64,000 nucleotides of DNA from Octopus sinensis (lineage: Eukaryota). Shown here in pieces: positions 14,601-25,665 of this stretch. Every line of letters starts with the position of its first letter. Positions within the stretch are counted from its first letter, which is position 1. The notes beneath the pieces were generated by a model, which ran no database searches, was not told the origin of the DNA, and worked only from the letters and a program-made list of their open reading frames with translations. Made by a program: the position numbers and the translations under genes. Where the stretch lies: NCBI RefSeq assembly GCF_006345805.1, contig NC_043020.1, positions 14,570,001-14,634,000 on the forward strand. Direction: 5' to 3'.

Positions 14601-15260
14601 TGATTGGATGGATCAATACAACTTGAAAATGAAACAGCTTTTCCCAGTCACAAGTTAACATCAATTTGATGACCAGCTTCAATCATTCAAATGGAAGAAA
14701 TGTAGAAGAAAAGAGGATTTTAAAAAGTTGGCTTTATCATTTTGTTTTCTTTCTTTTTTTTTCTTTATTTAATTGATGTTATATTCTTGCAAACTTTTAT
14801 TGCACAAAATAAAATAGCTTAGCTATTCCAAATTACTGTGTTCAAATTGCTTTCCAAAGAATTTTTCATTTTTCACCCATGAAATGTTTAGAGAGAGAGG
14901 AGATGGTAATATTGTTGAAAATGTTTAGTCTCAGTAGAGTTCAGAGGATAGCAGCATATTAGTATTTCGAAACAACAAAATGGAATTGAATAAATTGTCC
15001 TGGCTCCTGCTTATTGGTTCATGTAGTTGGTAGTAAACTAGAAATAAATATTAGCCCCCAGTTTGTCTATCAATTGTTGCCTGTTGTTGTTGCAGAGAGA
15101 GAGAGAGATCTGTTGAAAAACTGGCTTTATTGTCAACAGACTATTATTGATATCTTCTACAGCAGTTGCCACAAACAGACCACCTCAACAGATTTCCAGG
15201 AGCAAGAACTCTAGACACAAACAATACATACGACAAGAAAAAAGGACAAGGTTTAACAAC

Positions 15261-17549
15261 TCATAGAGAATTTTCCATTTGTGGCCAATTCTGAATAGAA
15301 ATCCTTTCCAACATTCCCTCAATAATTTTATCTAACCAGTTTTCCAAACCTTTCAGATCATCTACAACATTTTCAGTTTCACCAGCTTCATCTGAATCAG
15401 AGTCAAATATGGAACATTTCTTACCAATGTTTGCATTTTCTGCCCGTTTAGAGGCAGTCTTTGAATGAAAAATGTAATAGTACTTCCGATAAGCATTAAA
15501 AGCAATTACCGTTCCAGTGCAATCAGTTTCAGAGAGCTGCCCAAAGTAAACATTGCTGTCTCTCAATAATCGTTGATACCAATTCAAATAATGATCTAAT
15601 TGAAGAAATGCAAATTTTGATATTTTTGACCATGAATATCGTGTAACAATTTGCAAGAATTTGGCCAATAATTTATCCTTGCTTTCTTTGTTAACTAATA
15701 ATGTAATTGTTAAGCAAGAATCCTCATTTAGCATCAACTTACTGAAGGTCTGGCTGCAAAGTTCATGCAGATGTATTTTCGAATTTTTATATATTGATGC
15801 TTCTGCAGTAGTTGTGGACTGACGTTGCCTTCTCTCTGACTGTCGATTTTTCATCTCTTTAATTAAAAGCTTTCTTTGGAATAATACTCCAATAATTAAA
15901 ATAGCTAACCAAATGGTAAGCCACATAGCGCTATCAAAGTTACTTACACCTGCTGAAATATATTCGTAGAAATCATAGCAACCATTAGACAGTTTTGTTA
16001 AAATGTTCATAAACATTCCAGAAGAATGTTCATTATAAAATGAAGTATATGTGGCAGTGTAATGAAGCTGATTGGAACCAACAAGTAATTCTTGCAAGTG
16101 CTTTTCCATATTTTGACAAACGACTTGGTTTTCATGAAGTTCTTTTGACCAGCCAGGTTCAATCCATTCATAATTTATATAGTTTTTGTTCATTCGCCAT
16201 AAAACAGCTATCTTCAGCCTGTCTTCAGTCTCGTCTGAGTGACGGCCATCTAACAGAGAATCAACAAACCGATATTGAACATCTTTGAATATGTATGAAA
16301 ATCTCACTCGATTCTGAAAGGATGGTGCCTGCTGAACATAATTTCGAAATAATGTTCGATGAGTGTCATGTTCTTCAGTTTTCAAAGTCAAAAGAACAAC
16401 ACACAGCTTTCTCTGTTTAACTTTGCCCTCAATGGGGCAGAGTTCATCGAAAAATAGTTCAGAAGATAATCGTGGTAAAGTCAGAAACTGAAATCTATTC
16501 ATAAATTCCACGACGTTATTTTTGGATAATGAAGGCATGGATACGACTCCCAGAGTACTGTTGATATTCTCCCCTACAATGATAAGTGTGTCTTTAGCAT
16601 TGTTATTAATATTATATTTCTGTAAGCTATTGGCCACAGCAGACGCCTCCTTCATGTTGATGAAACCAGATGCTATTTTCTCTTTAAATCTGAATGCAGG
16701 TACAAGAAACCTACCTGGAATCTTGTCTTTTGAAGAAAAAAACAGTGCTCGGACTCGATTGTCGGGCCAGCCGAGCAAAAAGTCTTTGATATTTTTGTCA
16801 TTTAAACGTTGAATGGTATTGGTTGGGAAAAGGTTGCGGATAAAATCCCTGAGAATCTGCAGCGATATTTGTTTTTTCAAATAGTGAACATGACCGTTGA
16901 TGACGCCCATGATTTGGGGCACTTCGTGAAGCCGAAGTTTACTTGCAAGGGGTCGACTAGAAGCCACATGAACGGTTGCTACACCAATACCAACTTCTTC
17001 AAGTTCCTTGATCATTTTTTCAATCAAAGATTCATAGTGCATGCAGGCAAAACAAAAGTCTGTATACGCATATAAAAAATAGGGGGTTAAATAACTGTTG
17101 GGAAGAACATGGTTCTCGTAAAATCTTAAAGAAATAGTATATTTATCAAGGATAGATTCACTGTTTCCAAAGTTGAAATTAAATGAGCCGAAGGGCCCGT
17201 GCCTAAAAAACGAGGGGAATTCGCCGAAGCCTCCCCCTCTTTGACTCCCAGGAGGCGGCTCATGTGCAGAGCTATAACCATGTCTGTCATACATAGAGCG
17301 TTTATCATTGTCGGCCAAAGTTTCATAAGCTTCGTTAATTTTCATAAATTTGTCTGTGGCATCAGGATCATGATTTTTATCAGGATGCCATATTTTGGCT
17401 AAGTTTTTATAGGCTTTTTTAATTTCCTGGGACGAGGCGAACCTGCTCACACCTAGGACATCATACAAGTCCTCTGTGCTACTAACGACACGAATATTCA
17501 AAGTAGCAAAACAGCTGACGAGCAAAATGAACATATAGTTCGTGTTCAT
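15261..17549 (-). CDS. DNAJC16: DnaJ homolog subfamily C member 16 (ERdj8)-like, single coding exon, 762 aa
   Basis: Uninterrupted ORF with N-terminal signal peptide, J-domain (DLYDVLGV...WHPDKN...INEAYETL), Gly/Phe-rich linker, thioredoxin fold with CFAC (CxxC) and a hydrophobic TM segment (MWLTIWLAILIIGVLF). This matches the DNAJC16 architecture. Confidence 0.93.
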   Translation of the reverse strand: MNTNYMFILLVSCFATLNIRVVSSTEDLYDVLGVSRFASSQEIKKAYKNLAKIWHPDKNHDPDATDKFMKINEAYETLADNDKRSMYDRHGYSSAHEPPPGSQRGGGFGEFPSFFRHGPFGSFNFNFGNSESILDKYTISLRFYENHVLPNSYLTPYFLYAYTDFCFACMHYESLIEKMIKELEEVGIGVATVHVASSRPLASKLRLHEVPQIMGVINGHVHYLKKQISLQILRDFIRNLFPTNTIQRLNDKNIKDFLLGWPDNRVRALFFSSKDKIPGRFLVPAFRFKEKIASGFINMKEASAVANSLQKYNINNNAKDTLIIVGENINSTLGVVSMPSLSKNNVVEFMNRFQFLTLPRLSSELFFDELCPIEGKVKQRKLCVVLLTLKTEEHDTHRTLFRNYVQQAPSFQNRVRFSYIFKDVQYRFVDSLLDGRHSDETEDRLKIAVLWRMNKNYINYEWIEPGWSKELHENQVVCQNMEKHLQELLVGSNQLHYTATYTSFYNEHSSGMFMNILTKLSNGCYDFYEYISAGVSNFDSAMWLTIWLAILIIGVLFQRKLLIKEMKNRQSERRQRQSTTTAEASIYKNSKIHLHELCSQTFSKLMLNEDSCLTITLLVNKESKDKLLAKFLQIVTRYSWSKISKFAFLQLDHYLNWYQRLLRDSNVYFGQLSETDCTGTVIAFNAYRKYYYIFHSKTASKRAENANIGKKCSIFDSDSDEAGETENVVDDLKGLENWLDKIIEGMLERISIQNWPQMENSL

Positions 17550-17865
17550 TTGTGTATTGTATGGAATGGGATAGAAATTAGGACTAGAGCCTAACCTCCC
17601 GTGCCATGAAAGAGTGACAGAGAACTATCGATGAGCTTTACGTATCGAGATAAATACCTGCGTAAACGACGATGACAAACCACAAGGTATTCCACTGGTA
17701 CCAAGTTATTTCACAAAAAGACCCGATCACCACTTTGTTATAAACGATTGATGTTTTGGCTTATGTCGGATTCAGTCCAGCGACACACAATGTAGAACAT
17801 AGTAAATGGCCTATTTACTTATAAATCCAAGAATTTTCAGCTGAAGAAAGAAGTAATCAATAGAA

Positions 17866-17874
17866 ACCGGAAGT
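17866..17874. promoter_or_regulatory. ETS/GABP-type motif ACCGGAAGT in the DNAJC16 promoter region
   Basis: Exact housekeeping-promoter ETS consensus about 320 nt upstream of the DNAJC16 ATG, in unique CpG-retaining DNA. Confidence 0.45.
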
Positions 17875-18102
17875 ATATTGTAGAAGTAACGGTGACATAG
17901 CAAAGAGTATCTTCTTTCATTCTGACTCCCGCCCGTCGAGACCAACTTGACTGAAAAGTAGTCAGATATTGAAATTATTGGTTAAAAAATAACAAGGGTT
18001 TATAAGATAAAGCGTTAGAATTAATGAGGAAGGCATTATGATTGATTTCCATATTTTTCCGATGTTGGATATAATTTTAAAGCCTCGAATAACTATTTTT
18101 CT

Positions 18103-18612
18103 GGTAAAATTACAGATTAACAGCCGCACGATTTTCACTAAGAAAAAAAAAATCGGAGTTTTTTGCGTGGAATCAAGTACCCTGACCTAATATGCTGCAA
18201 ATCCCATATTTTGGTTCGGAATTGGTCCGGGGGAGGGGGTTCTCCCCCCCCAGCCCGGAATTTTCACACACAAAAAAAATTTTGCGTGGAATCAAGTACT
18301 GTGACCTCGTAATATGCTGTAACTCCCATATTTGGGATTATCAAGCCCCCCCCCCCTTCAGAACCCAAATATGGCATTTACAGCATATTACGAGATTAGA
18401 GTACTTGATTCCACGCATAAAATCAGAGTTCTTTTTTGTGTGAAAATTCCGGGCGGGGGGGGGGGGGGTTACCCCCCCCTCCGGACCAATTCCGAACCAA
18501 AATATGGGATTTGCAGCATATTAGGAGGTCAGGGTACTTGATTCCACGCAAAAAATCCGAGTTTTTTTTTTTCTTAGTGAAAATCTTGCGGGTGTTAATC
18601 TGTAATTTTACC
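18103..18612. mobile_element. Foldback-type palindromic element (about 510 bp)
   Basis: The two halves are near-perfect reverse complements. Each arm has two copies of a tgcgtggaatcaagtac...aatatgctg...ccatattt module. Confidence 0.85.
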
Positions 18613-19054
18613 CTATTTCTTTACTACCCACAAAGGGCTAAACACACAGAGGACAGACAAACAGATTAAGTCGATTATATCGACCCTAGTGCGTAACTGG
18701 TACTTATTTAATCAACCCCGAAAGGATGAAAAGCAAAGTCGACCTCGGCGGAATTTGAACTCAGAACGTAACGACAGACGAAATACGGCTACGCATTTCA
18801 CCCGGCTTCTTCTACATGATTCCTCGTTTTAGAAATGTACAGATAAATGTTTTCTAAGCAGTCTATTTATTGAAATTCAGTTTTTCTATTTTAATTCTAC
18901 ATAATAAACAAATAACAGTTTGTTTTGCTTCTAGAATTACTTTAACCAGTGTCTCTTTTTGTTAAAAGACAGTTTCTTGAGTTTCGATTAGTTTGTTAGT
19001 TGTGGAGAGAAACCGTTTCCAGTTTTTGTCTGAGAGAGAAAGAAAAGACATCAT

Positions 19055-20850
19055 CAGCAAGGTTTTCTGGAAATATGTGCATTCGAAGCTGAGACCTCAC
19101 TCTCCAGTGAGGCCTCTTCGCAACCCTCACACAAACCAGATCACTGATGATCCCAAGGAATGCGCAGAACTCATTGCCGAGTGCTATGCAAACATATTCA
19201 CTGTTGAAAATCAAAATGTACCATCTTCACCATCTCTAATAGCAAATTCCATAACAACTATGGAATTTACACCTGCAATGCTGCGACGTCACCTTCAAAA
19301 TAAGCGCAACTATGCCTCCCCTGGTCTTGATGGAGTTACATACCTGCTTCTCAAACGTGGCAGGTACTTCCTTTTACACCAGCTTTCTATTTTTTTCCAG
19401 TACTGTCTCAACAATGGTGCTACTCCGGAGCAGTGGAAAACTGCCAGTGTCATTCCTCTGTTCAAAAAGGGCGACCGCAATCACCTGTCAACTATCGCCC
19501 AGTCAGTCTCACTAGCTGTATTGCAAAACTGATGGAATCGTGTGTCAGAGAAACACTTTGGAACTTCTGGAGCTCTCACAGTCTCATCCGACCCTCACAA
19601 TATGGATTTGTCCCTAACTCCAGCTGCAGTGATCAGCTTGTCGAGTTCCTTGAGGACATTACTCAGATCACTGACAGTGGCTCATGGGTGGATGTTGTCT
19701 ACCTTGACTTTGCTAAGGCTTTCAACTCTGTGCCACACAAAAGGCTTATGGTGAAACTCTCTGCAATGGGTGTGAGGGATGATCTTTTTAACTGGTTGAA
19801 ATCCTTCATTCTCAGCCGAAAGGAGGTAGTCACAGTTCTAGGACAGCATTCTACACCATATGAGATGTCATCGGGTGTACCACAGGGATTTGTTCTTGGT
19901 CCCCTCTTGTTTGTGGCATACATTAATGACATAGATGTCAATTTAAAGAATGCCACAGTATTGAAATATGCAGACGACATCAAGCTGTACATTGAAATCA
20001 AGAGGACAGATCCTGTTGTCTACAGCTCTTTCCTGCAATCAGACCTGGACACAATGCAGCAATGGATCACAGACTGGCAACTGAAACTGGCTGTGGACAA
20101 GTGTACCATCATGCATTTTGGGAGAAAAAACCCTGCGTCCACATATTCCCTCCACAACACTGAGCGTGACCTAGGCATCACTGTCGACAGTGATTTGCGT
20201 TGGACAAAGCATATCTCTAAAATTATCAAGAAGGCCGAGGGTGTCTTGGCATCACTCAGCAAGACTTTTGTTAGCCGCTCTCCAGCCATCTATTTAAAGC
20301 TGTATACAGCTATGGTACGACCACACTTGGAATTCGCATCATCAGTTTGGAAACCCTATCTTGCTCAGAACATTGACCTCCTGGAATCTGTTCAGAGACG
20401 TGCCACCAAACGCATACCCTCCATCAGACACCTACCATACTCCGAGCGCCTTGTTTCCCTGGGCATGGATCCACTGAAGCTCCGGCGTTTGGCGATGGAC
20501 TTGGTAAACACTCACAAAGTTATCAACCATCTCACCAACAACAACACTGAACACCTTTTTGATCTCCAACACACGTGGACATGCCTACAAAGTCAGAAAA
20601 CAACACAGCTCCCATGACTTTCGGAAACATTTTTTCACGCTCAGAGTTGCTGAAGCATGGAATAAACTGCCTGCGTCAGTTGTTGACTGCCATGACACTG
20701 CATCCTTTAAGGCCCTCATGCTTTCCGAAATCCGCCGAAACTACACCTGATTATACATACACTTTAGATGAGTTGTAGTGCACCTGAGCACTGTACACAA
20801 TGTTTTTATTATTATTATTATTATATTATTATTATCATTATTATTATTTT
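19055..20850 (+). mobile_element. 5'-truncated CR1/L2-type LINE, frameshifted reverse transcriptase pseudo-ORF with (TTA)n tail
   Basis: RT motifs NYRPVSLTS, QYGF, YLDFAKAFNSVPH, SGVPQGxVLGP, YADD and C-terminal TRGH...WNKLP. Frameshifts near 19490 and 20565. No endonuclease domain. (tta)n tail at 20806-20848. Confidence 0.9.
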
Positions 20851-20851
20851 T

Positions 20852-21014
20852 GGCGATCCTTCGGTATAAGTACACACGTGACTTTGTTTACATTTCTGAA
20901 GATAACAGAAACCCTTTTCTCCCACCACTAACCCTAACACAAAACCAAACCCCCCATATATAAAAAAAAACCCACTTTCTTGAAATGTATCCGGTACTTA
21001 TACCGAAGTTACGC
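20852..21014. mobile_element. Short MITE with internal CTAACC motif
   Basis: Inverted ends cttcggtataagtac / gtacttataccgaag; internal ctaaccctaac. Confidence 0.6.
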
Positions 21015-21355
21015 TTTTTTTTTCCAAACAGATTTCTCTCTGTCTTAGATAGAGTTGGTAATTCAACCTATTAGAAACAGCAGCTAAATCACCATCAAAT
21101 CAGACTGTGTCATCTTAAAACATAAAGGACACATAAAATAATGTAGTCCTACAAACACCGTATAAAAGACGAGTTGGATACTGTTGGACTGCCTTTAATT
21201 ATAGGTTAGCTCAATGACCAATAACCAGGAGTCAAGCAACAACATCTTGATTTAAAATATCTAATGTCTATAAATTGTATTCCTCTTCTTACTAATTTTA
21301 AGTTAAACTTTTCAAAATATTTTGAAATGTATTAACTGAGGAAGATATTGCCTAA

Positions 21356-21751
21356 TCTATATATATAAAAGAGAGGTTGTGTGCTGTCTGTCTCCTACGA
21401 TTTAGATTCCTAACTACTCCCACATTTTGCGGTGCAGTGTAACCAAAAGCGGGTATCTTATAGTCGTGATTCATATCGAGCCCTTCTTGGTATTAGCGCG
21501 CGTCTACGATGAGTCTACGATTAAAAAAAAAATTTACCATAATTTTTCCGCATTTTTAATGCATTTTCGCTCGGTTTACATAAGGGAAGTAACTCTAAAA
21601 ATGTATTATTAAATCTCAGAACGTAAAAAGCTACAGTAACACCCCCTTTGTGGTTAGCCATATTGAGATGGCTATTATACTTTACATCTCTAAAAATGCT
21701 TATATAGTTATTTCCCTTACAAACCCGAGCAACGCCGGGCGATACTGCTAG
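21356..21751 (+). mobile_element. Non-autonomous Helitron-type element
   Basis: 5' TC(TA)n start, 3' hairpin cccgagcaacgccggg then CTAG, inserted between A and T with no TSD. Confidence 0.8.
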
Positions 21752-22352
21752 TGGGATATATTTCCTATTTTATATTACGCAAATCTAGAACGTACATAAT
21801 AAATACTTTCAAAATATTCTTATTTGGCTTGACTTCATCATTATAATACACACACACACACGCTTTATTATTATCCTTTTCAATAATTGCTTCAAATCTT
21901 GGTCCAAAGCCAGCATATATTTTTGTGGTGGTGGAGGGTCTTAGTCGATTATGCTGATCCCAAAATTTGACTGTTATTTTATTTTATTGGTCCCGAAAAG
22001 ACGACAGACAGAATTGGCCTCGGAGGGATTTGAACACGGAACGTAATACCACTAATCATTTTGTCTGATGCGTTATCGATTCTACTAGCTCGACACTTTT
22101 AATAATTCTTTCCACTGTAGGTACAAGGCCAGTAATTTGGGGAGATGGGGCAAGTTAATTACATCGACCACCCCGTGCTCAACTGGTACTTATTACATCG
22201 ACCCCCCCCCCCGAAAGGATAAAAGGCAAATCAATCTCAGCGGAATTTGAATTCAGAATGTAAAAACGAACGGAATGCCGCTAAGTATTTTGTCCTGACA
22301 CGCTTCCGATTCTGCCAAATCGCTGTCTTTAATAATAATAAAAAAGTTTGAT

Positions 22353-22755
22353 AGGCGCAGGAGTGGCTGTGTTGTAAGTAGCTTGCTAACCAACCACATG
22401 GTTCCGGGTTCGGTCCCACTGCGTGGCATCTTGGGCAAGTGTCTTCTGCTGTAGCCCCGGGCCGACCAATGCCTTGTGAGTGGATTTGGTAGACGGAAAC
22501 TGAAAGAAGCCTGTCGTATATATGTATATATATATATGTATGTGTGTGTTTGTGTGTCTGTGTTTGTCCCCCTAGCATTGCTTGACAACCGATGCTGGTG
22601 TGTTTATGTCCCCGTTACTTAGCGGTTCGGCAAAAGAGACCGATAGAATAAGTACTGGGCTTACAAAGAATAAGTCCCGGGGTCGATTTGCTCGACTAAA
22701 GGCGGTGCTCCAGCATGGCCGCAGTCAAATGACTGAAACAAGTAAATGAGTAAAA
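22353..22755 (+). mobile_element. CORE-type SINE copy
   Basis: Full-length match to 4664-5058. Confidence 0.9.
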
Positions 22756-23076
22756 GGGTCATAACTATTTCTTTACTACCCACAAGGGGCTAAACACAGA
22801 GAGGACAAACAAGGACAGACAAACGGATTAAGTCGATTACATCGACCCCAGTGCGCAACTGGTATTTAATTTATCGACCCCGAAAAGATGAAAGGCAAAG
22901 TCGACCTCGGCGGAATTTGAACTCAGAACGTAACGGCAGACGAAATACTGCTACGTATTTCGCCCGGTGTGCTAACGTTTCTGCCAGCTCCGTCGCCTAA
23001 GTTTGATTAGTGTCATAACACGAAACTGTTAGTCGTTGACTGATAAATGATCGACCTCAGTCAGCTGATCAATCAG

Positions 23077-23092
23077 GTCACGTGATATAAAG
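23077..23092 (+). promoter_or_regulatory. Candidate C18orf32 core promoter: E-box GTCACGTGA abutting TATAAA
   Basis: GTCACGTGA at 23077-85 is directly followed by TATAAAG at 23086-92, about 135 nt upstream of the ATG. Confidence 0.5.
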
Positions 23093-23225
23093 GGAGGTAA
23101 TTGTCGAGGTATATTTTGTTGACAAAATAAAAACGAAGTACAAACAATTTTTGTACTCGAAACTGAAAAGAAGAACAATACAAAAATAACAATACAAGAA
23201 TAACAATTTATACCCACCTCGAAGC

Positions 23226-23396
23226 ATGGTGTGTATACCTTGTATTGTAATACCGTTTTTCCTATGGATATTCCACAGATTCCTTCGACCGTTCATTCTA
23301 AAATTCTGGGACCCATGGAAGAAACCCATCAGTTGTGCAGCTGACACGACAACTTCATCTTCTAATTCCACAAAAACTAGCACACCACCTTCAAAA
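23226..23396 (+). CDS. C18orf32: UPF0729/C18orf32 homolog, coding exon 1 (57 codons)
   Basis: Starts [22 protein letters not shown], the UPF0729 signature (human [22 protein letters not shown]). Ends at a phase-0 donor AAA|gtaagt. Confidence 0.92.
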
Positions 23397-25120
23397 GTAA
23401 GTCCCTCGCTCTTCTCAGCATTTTAAACTATCGTGAATTTATTTGTTTATTTTATAAACCGAATTGTGTGAACAATATCATGGTAGGTTATTAACCACTA
23501 GTTTACATTTCCTGATAGTCCAGAATGAAAACAGTGACTGTGCAAATTGTGATGGTATATTTCGGTATTGTTTGAATGCACCGATTCACCTCGTATAATA
23601 ATAGGATGTAAACTAGAACCTGCTTGTGAATTGAACCCACCAGCCGATGGCTGTATAAACCATCAACTGATCCATTTTATTTTTATTTTCTGTTCGGCGG
23701 AGTTTCAGATCAGGACGCACATCTAAGTTGGATGTTTTTTCCGTTTTGACAGGGATTTTTACCAATTTTCCATCCAACATCCTACAGTATTCACTCCAAC
23801 CAGTGAAGATTTTCTCGCTTTAAACTTCCACTTTGCTCTCAATGGCATCAAATCGGGAGTTGACATTCTGAGGAAATCTTGGCTGTTCGACATTTCCGTA
23901 TTTAACTCCGAGAGAACCCTGTTTGAGCAGACCCACTGTCAAAAACAGCTAGACATTCCCACCCGTCCCATTTTTTTTGTTCTGGGTTTAGTGCACTTCC
24001 AAACTACACTATCCACTGTTTTTTTTTTTAAAGACACGAGGTTATTATTGGAGGGAGATTTGCTGCTATTTCTAACAAACCGAGCGATCATTTATAGGTC
24101 TTCCTCATTGACTCATTTACAATAGATAGTTTCTTATAATTGATAATCGATTAACATCGAAAAAATATTTTAAAATCAAAGGACTTCTAGAAGGGTCAAG
24201 GAAAAGTGAAACTAGCGGAAATCAAGTTTTTAATTGTAATTTTTTTATTCGCGACGGGGATGGGTTGTGTAGTTGCCGAAAGATGTTTTTCCTGAGTCGC
24301 TGTTGTCGCCATTTAATTCATAGAGGATACGCAATTACGATTTATTACTAACATCAGTCTGTGTGTGATTGTAACATCACTGCCAAGGATTCCATACGGT
24401 CTGATAACAGAGTTGGTGACAACATGAATTACTCAATTCATACCAACCCTGATCACGTTACTGAACAAGATAAGTTTGTATTTATGTGTGCGTGTGTGTC
24501 ATTATCTAACACTAAATATTTAGTGTCACGGATGAGTTGATTCTAAAAGGTAACTATTATCATTAATCACATTCAAATTAGGTCAGTCACTTCGGAAGTA
24601 ATCGAAATAATGATGATTGCTTTGGTTGATGTTCTGTTTTTCTTGTGTAATGATTAATAAAAAAAGTAAATACTAGCAGTATTACCAATATCAGGATGAA
24701 TAGATATATAATAGATGCGTGTAGATAAGAAAAAAAGTTTTCTTTCGTTAACACCTACTAGAATATTCCTTAACACGCACCATTTACTGAGATTACATAC
24801 ATAATACAAAATCACGTTAAAGTACAAATCTAAAACCGAAGAAACGTAAATACGAGCGAAGAAAACAGACATTGACCATTAAAATATATTTATGTAATAA
24901 ACTAACGTCCCAGTTGAATGATGAATATCAACAAGTTGTTACTAAATAAACCAATGACCAGATCAAGAGATCTACCCCTGGTAGCAATAAACTTAAATTG
25001 GCAATGTCTAACAGGTGTGTCAAATCAAAAGATAATTTTTATTTTAAATTAAAAGAAAAACGTGTAAAAATATATTAGTGAAGAAAAGCTTATAGTAAGT
25101 AGTTAAATTTATTTTCTCTA

Positions 25121-25181
25121 ACTTTCATTTGAAGGTGGTGTGCTAGTTTTTGTGGAATTAGAAGATGAATTGGTAGTGTCA
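25121..25181 (-). repeat. Inverted copy of the C18orf32 exon 1 end and donor (23342-23402)
   Basis: 56/61 complementary; 25128-25169 is a perfect 42-nt reverse complement of 23354-23395. Confidence 0.95.
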
Positions 25182-25246
25182 TAACTCGAGTCTGTTTGAC
25201 AGTAAAGTTTACGTCAGCCGTCTTTGAGGAATGTAGAGAGAGGTGA

Positions 25247-25319
25247 CAGTTCCCAAAATATGACTTCTATTACATAATATGACTTCTATTATGTAATAGA
25301 AGTCATATTTTGGGAACTG
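25247..25319. repeat. Perfect hairpin, 33-bp stem with 7-nt loop
   Basis: cagttcccaaaatatgacttctattacataata-tgacttc-tattatgtaatagaagtcatattttgggaactg. Confidence 0.95.
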
Positions 25320-25471
25320 AAAATTTCCCTTCCTGTATTTCCTTGGATGTTATATAATTTACCGGAAGTTCGTTACCACCTACCCCAATATTTTCTAAAA
25401 AGAAACCTACCATTTGTATTTTTTTCCAGTATATTATATAAATTAAAAGGATGCGAGATAATGAGGTCTGG

Positions 25472-25665
25472 GGATCTTTTCGGTTTGAACGGCAGTTTTT
25501 TCTAGCGGTGTCATATGGAATTGTCACCCATAATTATGACCCTAGAATCGATCTATTGCATTTCAATCTGTTTTAGGGTTAGGGGTGGGGGGAAGGGTAT
25601 CTTTTTTTCTTCACAAATGTAAATAAACCCACTTTGTTTCTTAAACGAGGAACATATTCATACAC
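25472..25665 (+). mobile_element. Truncated copy of the GGATC MITE
   Basis: Matches 44655-44845. Confidence 0.75.

Noticed and set aside
19433-20617. Functional reverse transcriptase gene
   Set aside because: 5'-truncated, lacks an endonuclease, has two frameshifts and a short internal deletion. It is a dead LINE copy.
23226-23426. 66-aa single-exon ORF as the C18orf32 product
   Set aside because: A strong GTAAGT donor and a matching downstream exon give a family-like 77-aa protein. The 66-aa form would arise only by intron retention.
25090-25182. 30-aa minus-strand ORF (MTLPIHLLIPQKLAHHLQ...) over the exon copy
   Set aside because: Out of frame relative to C18orf32, very short, and with no support for coding.
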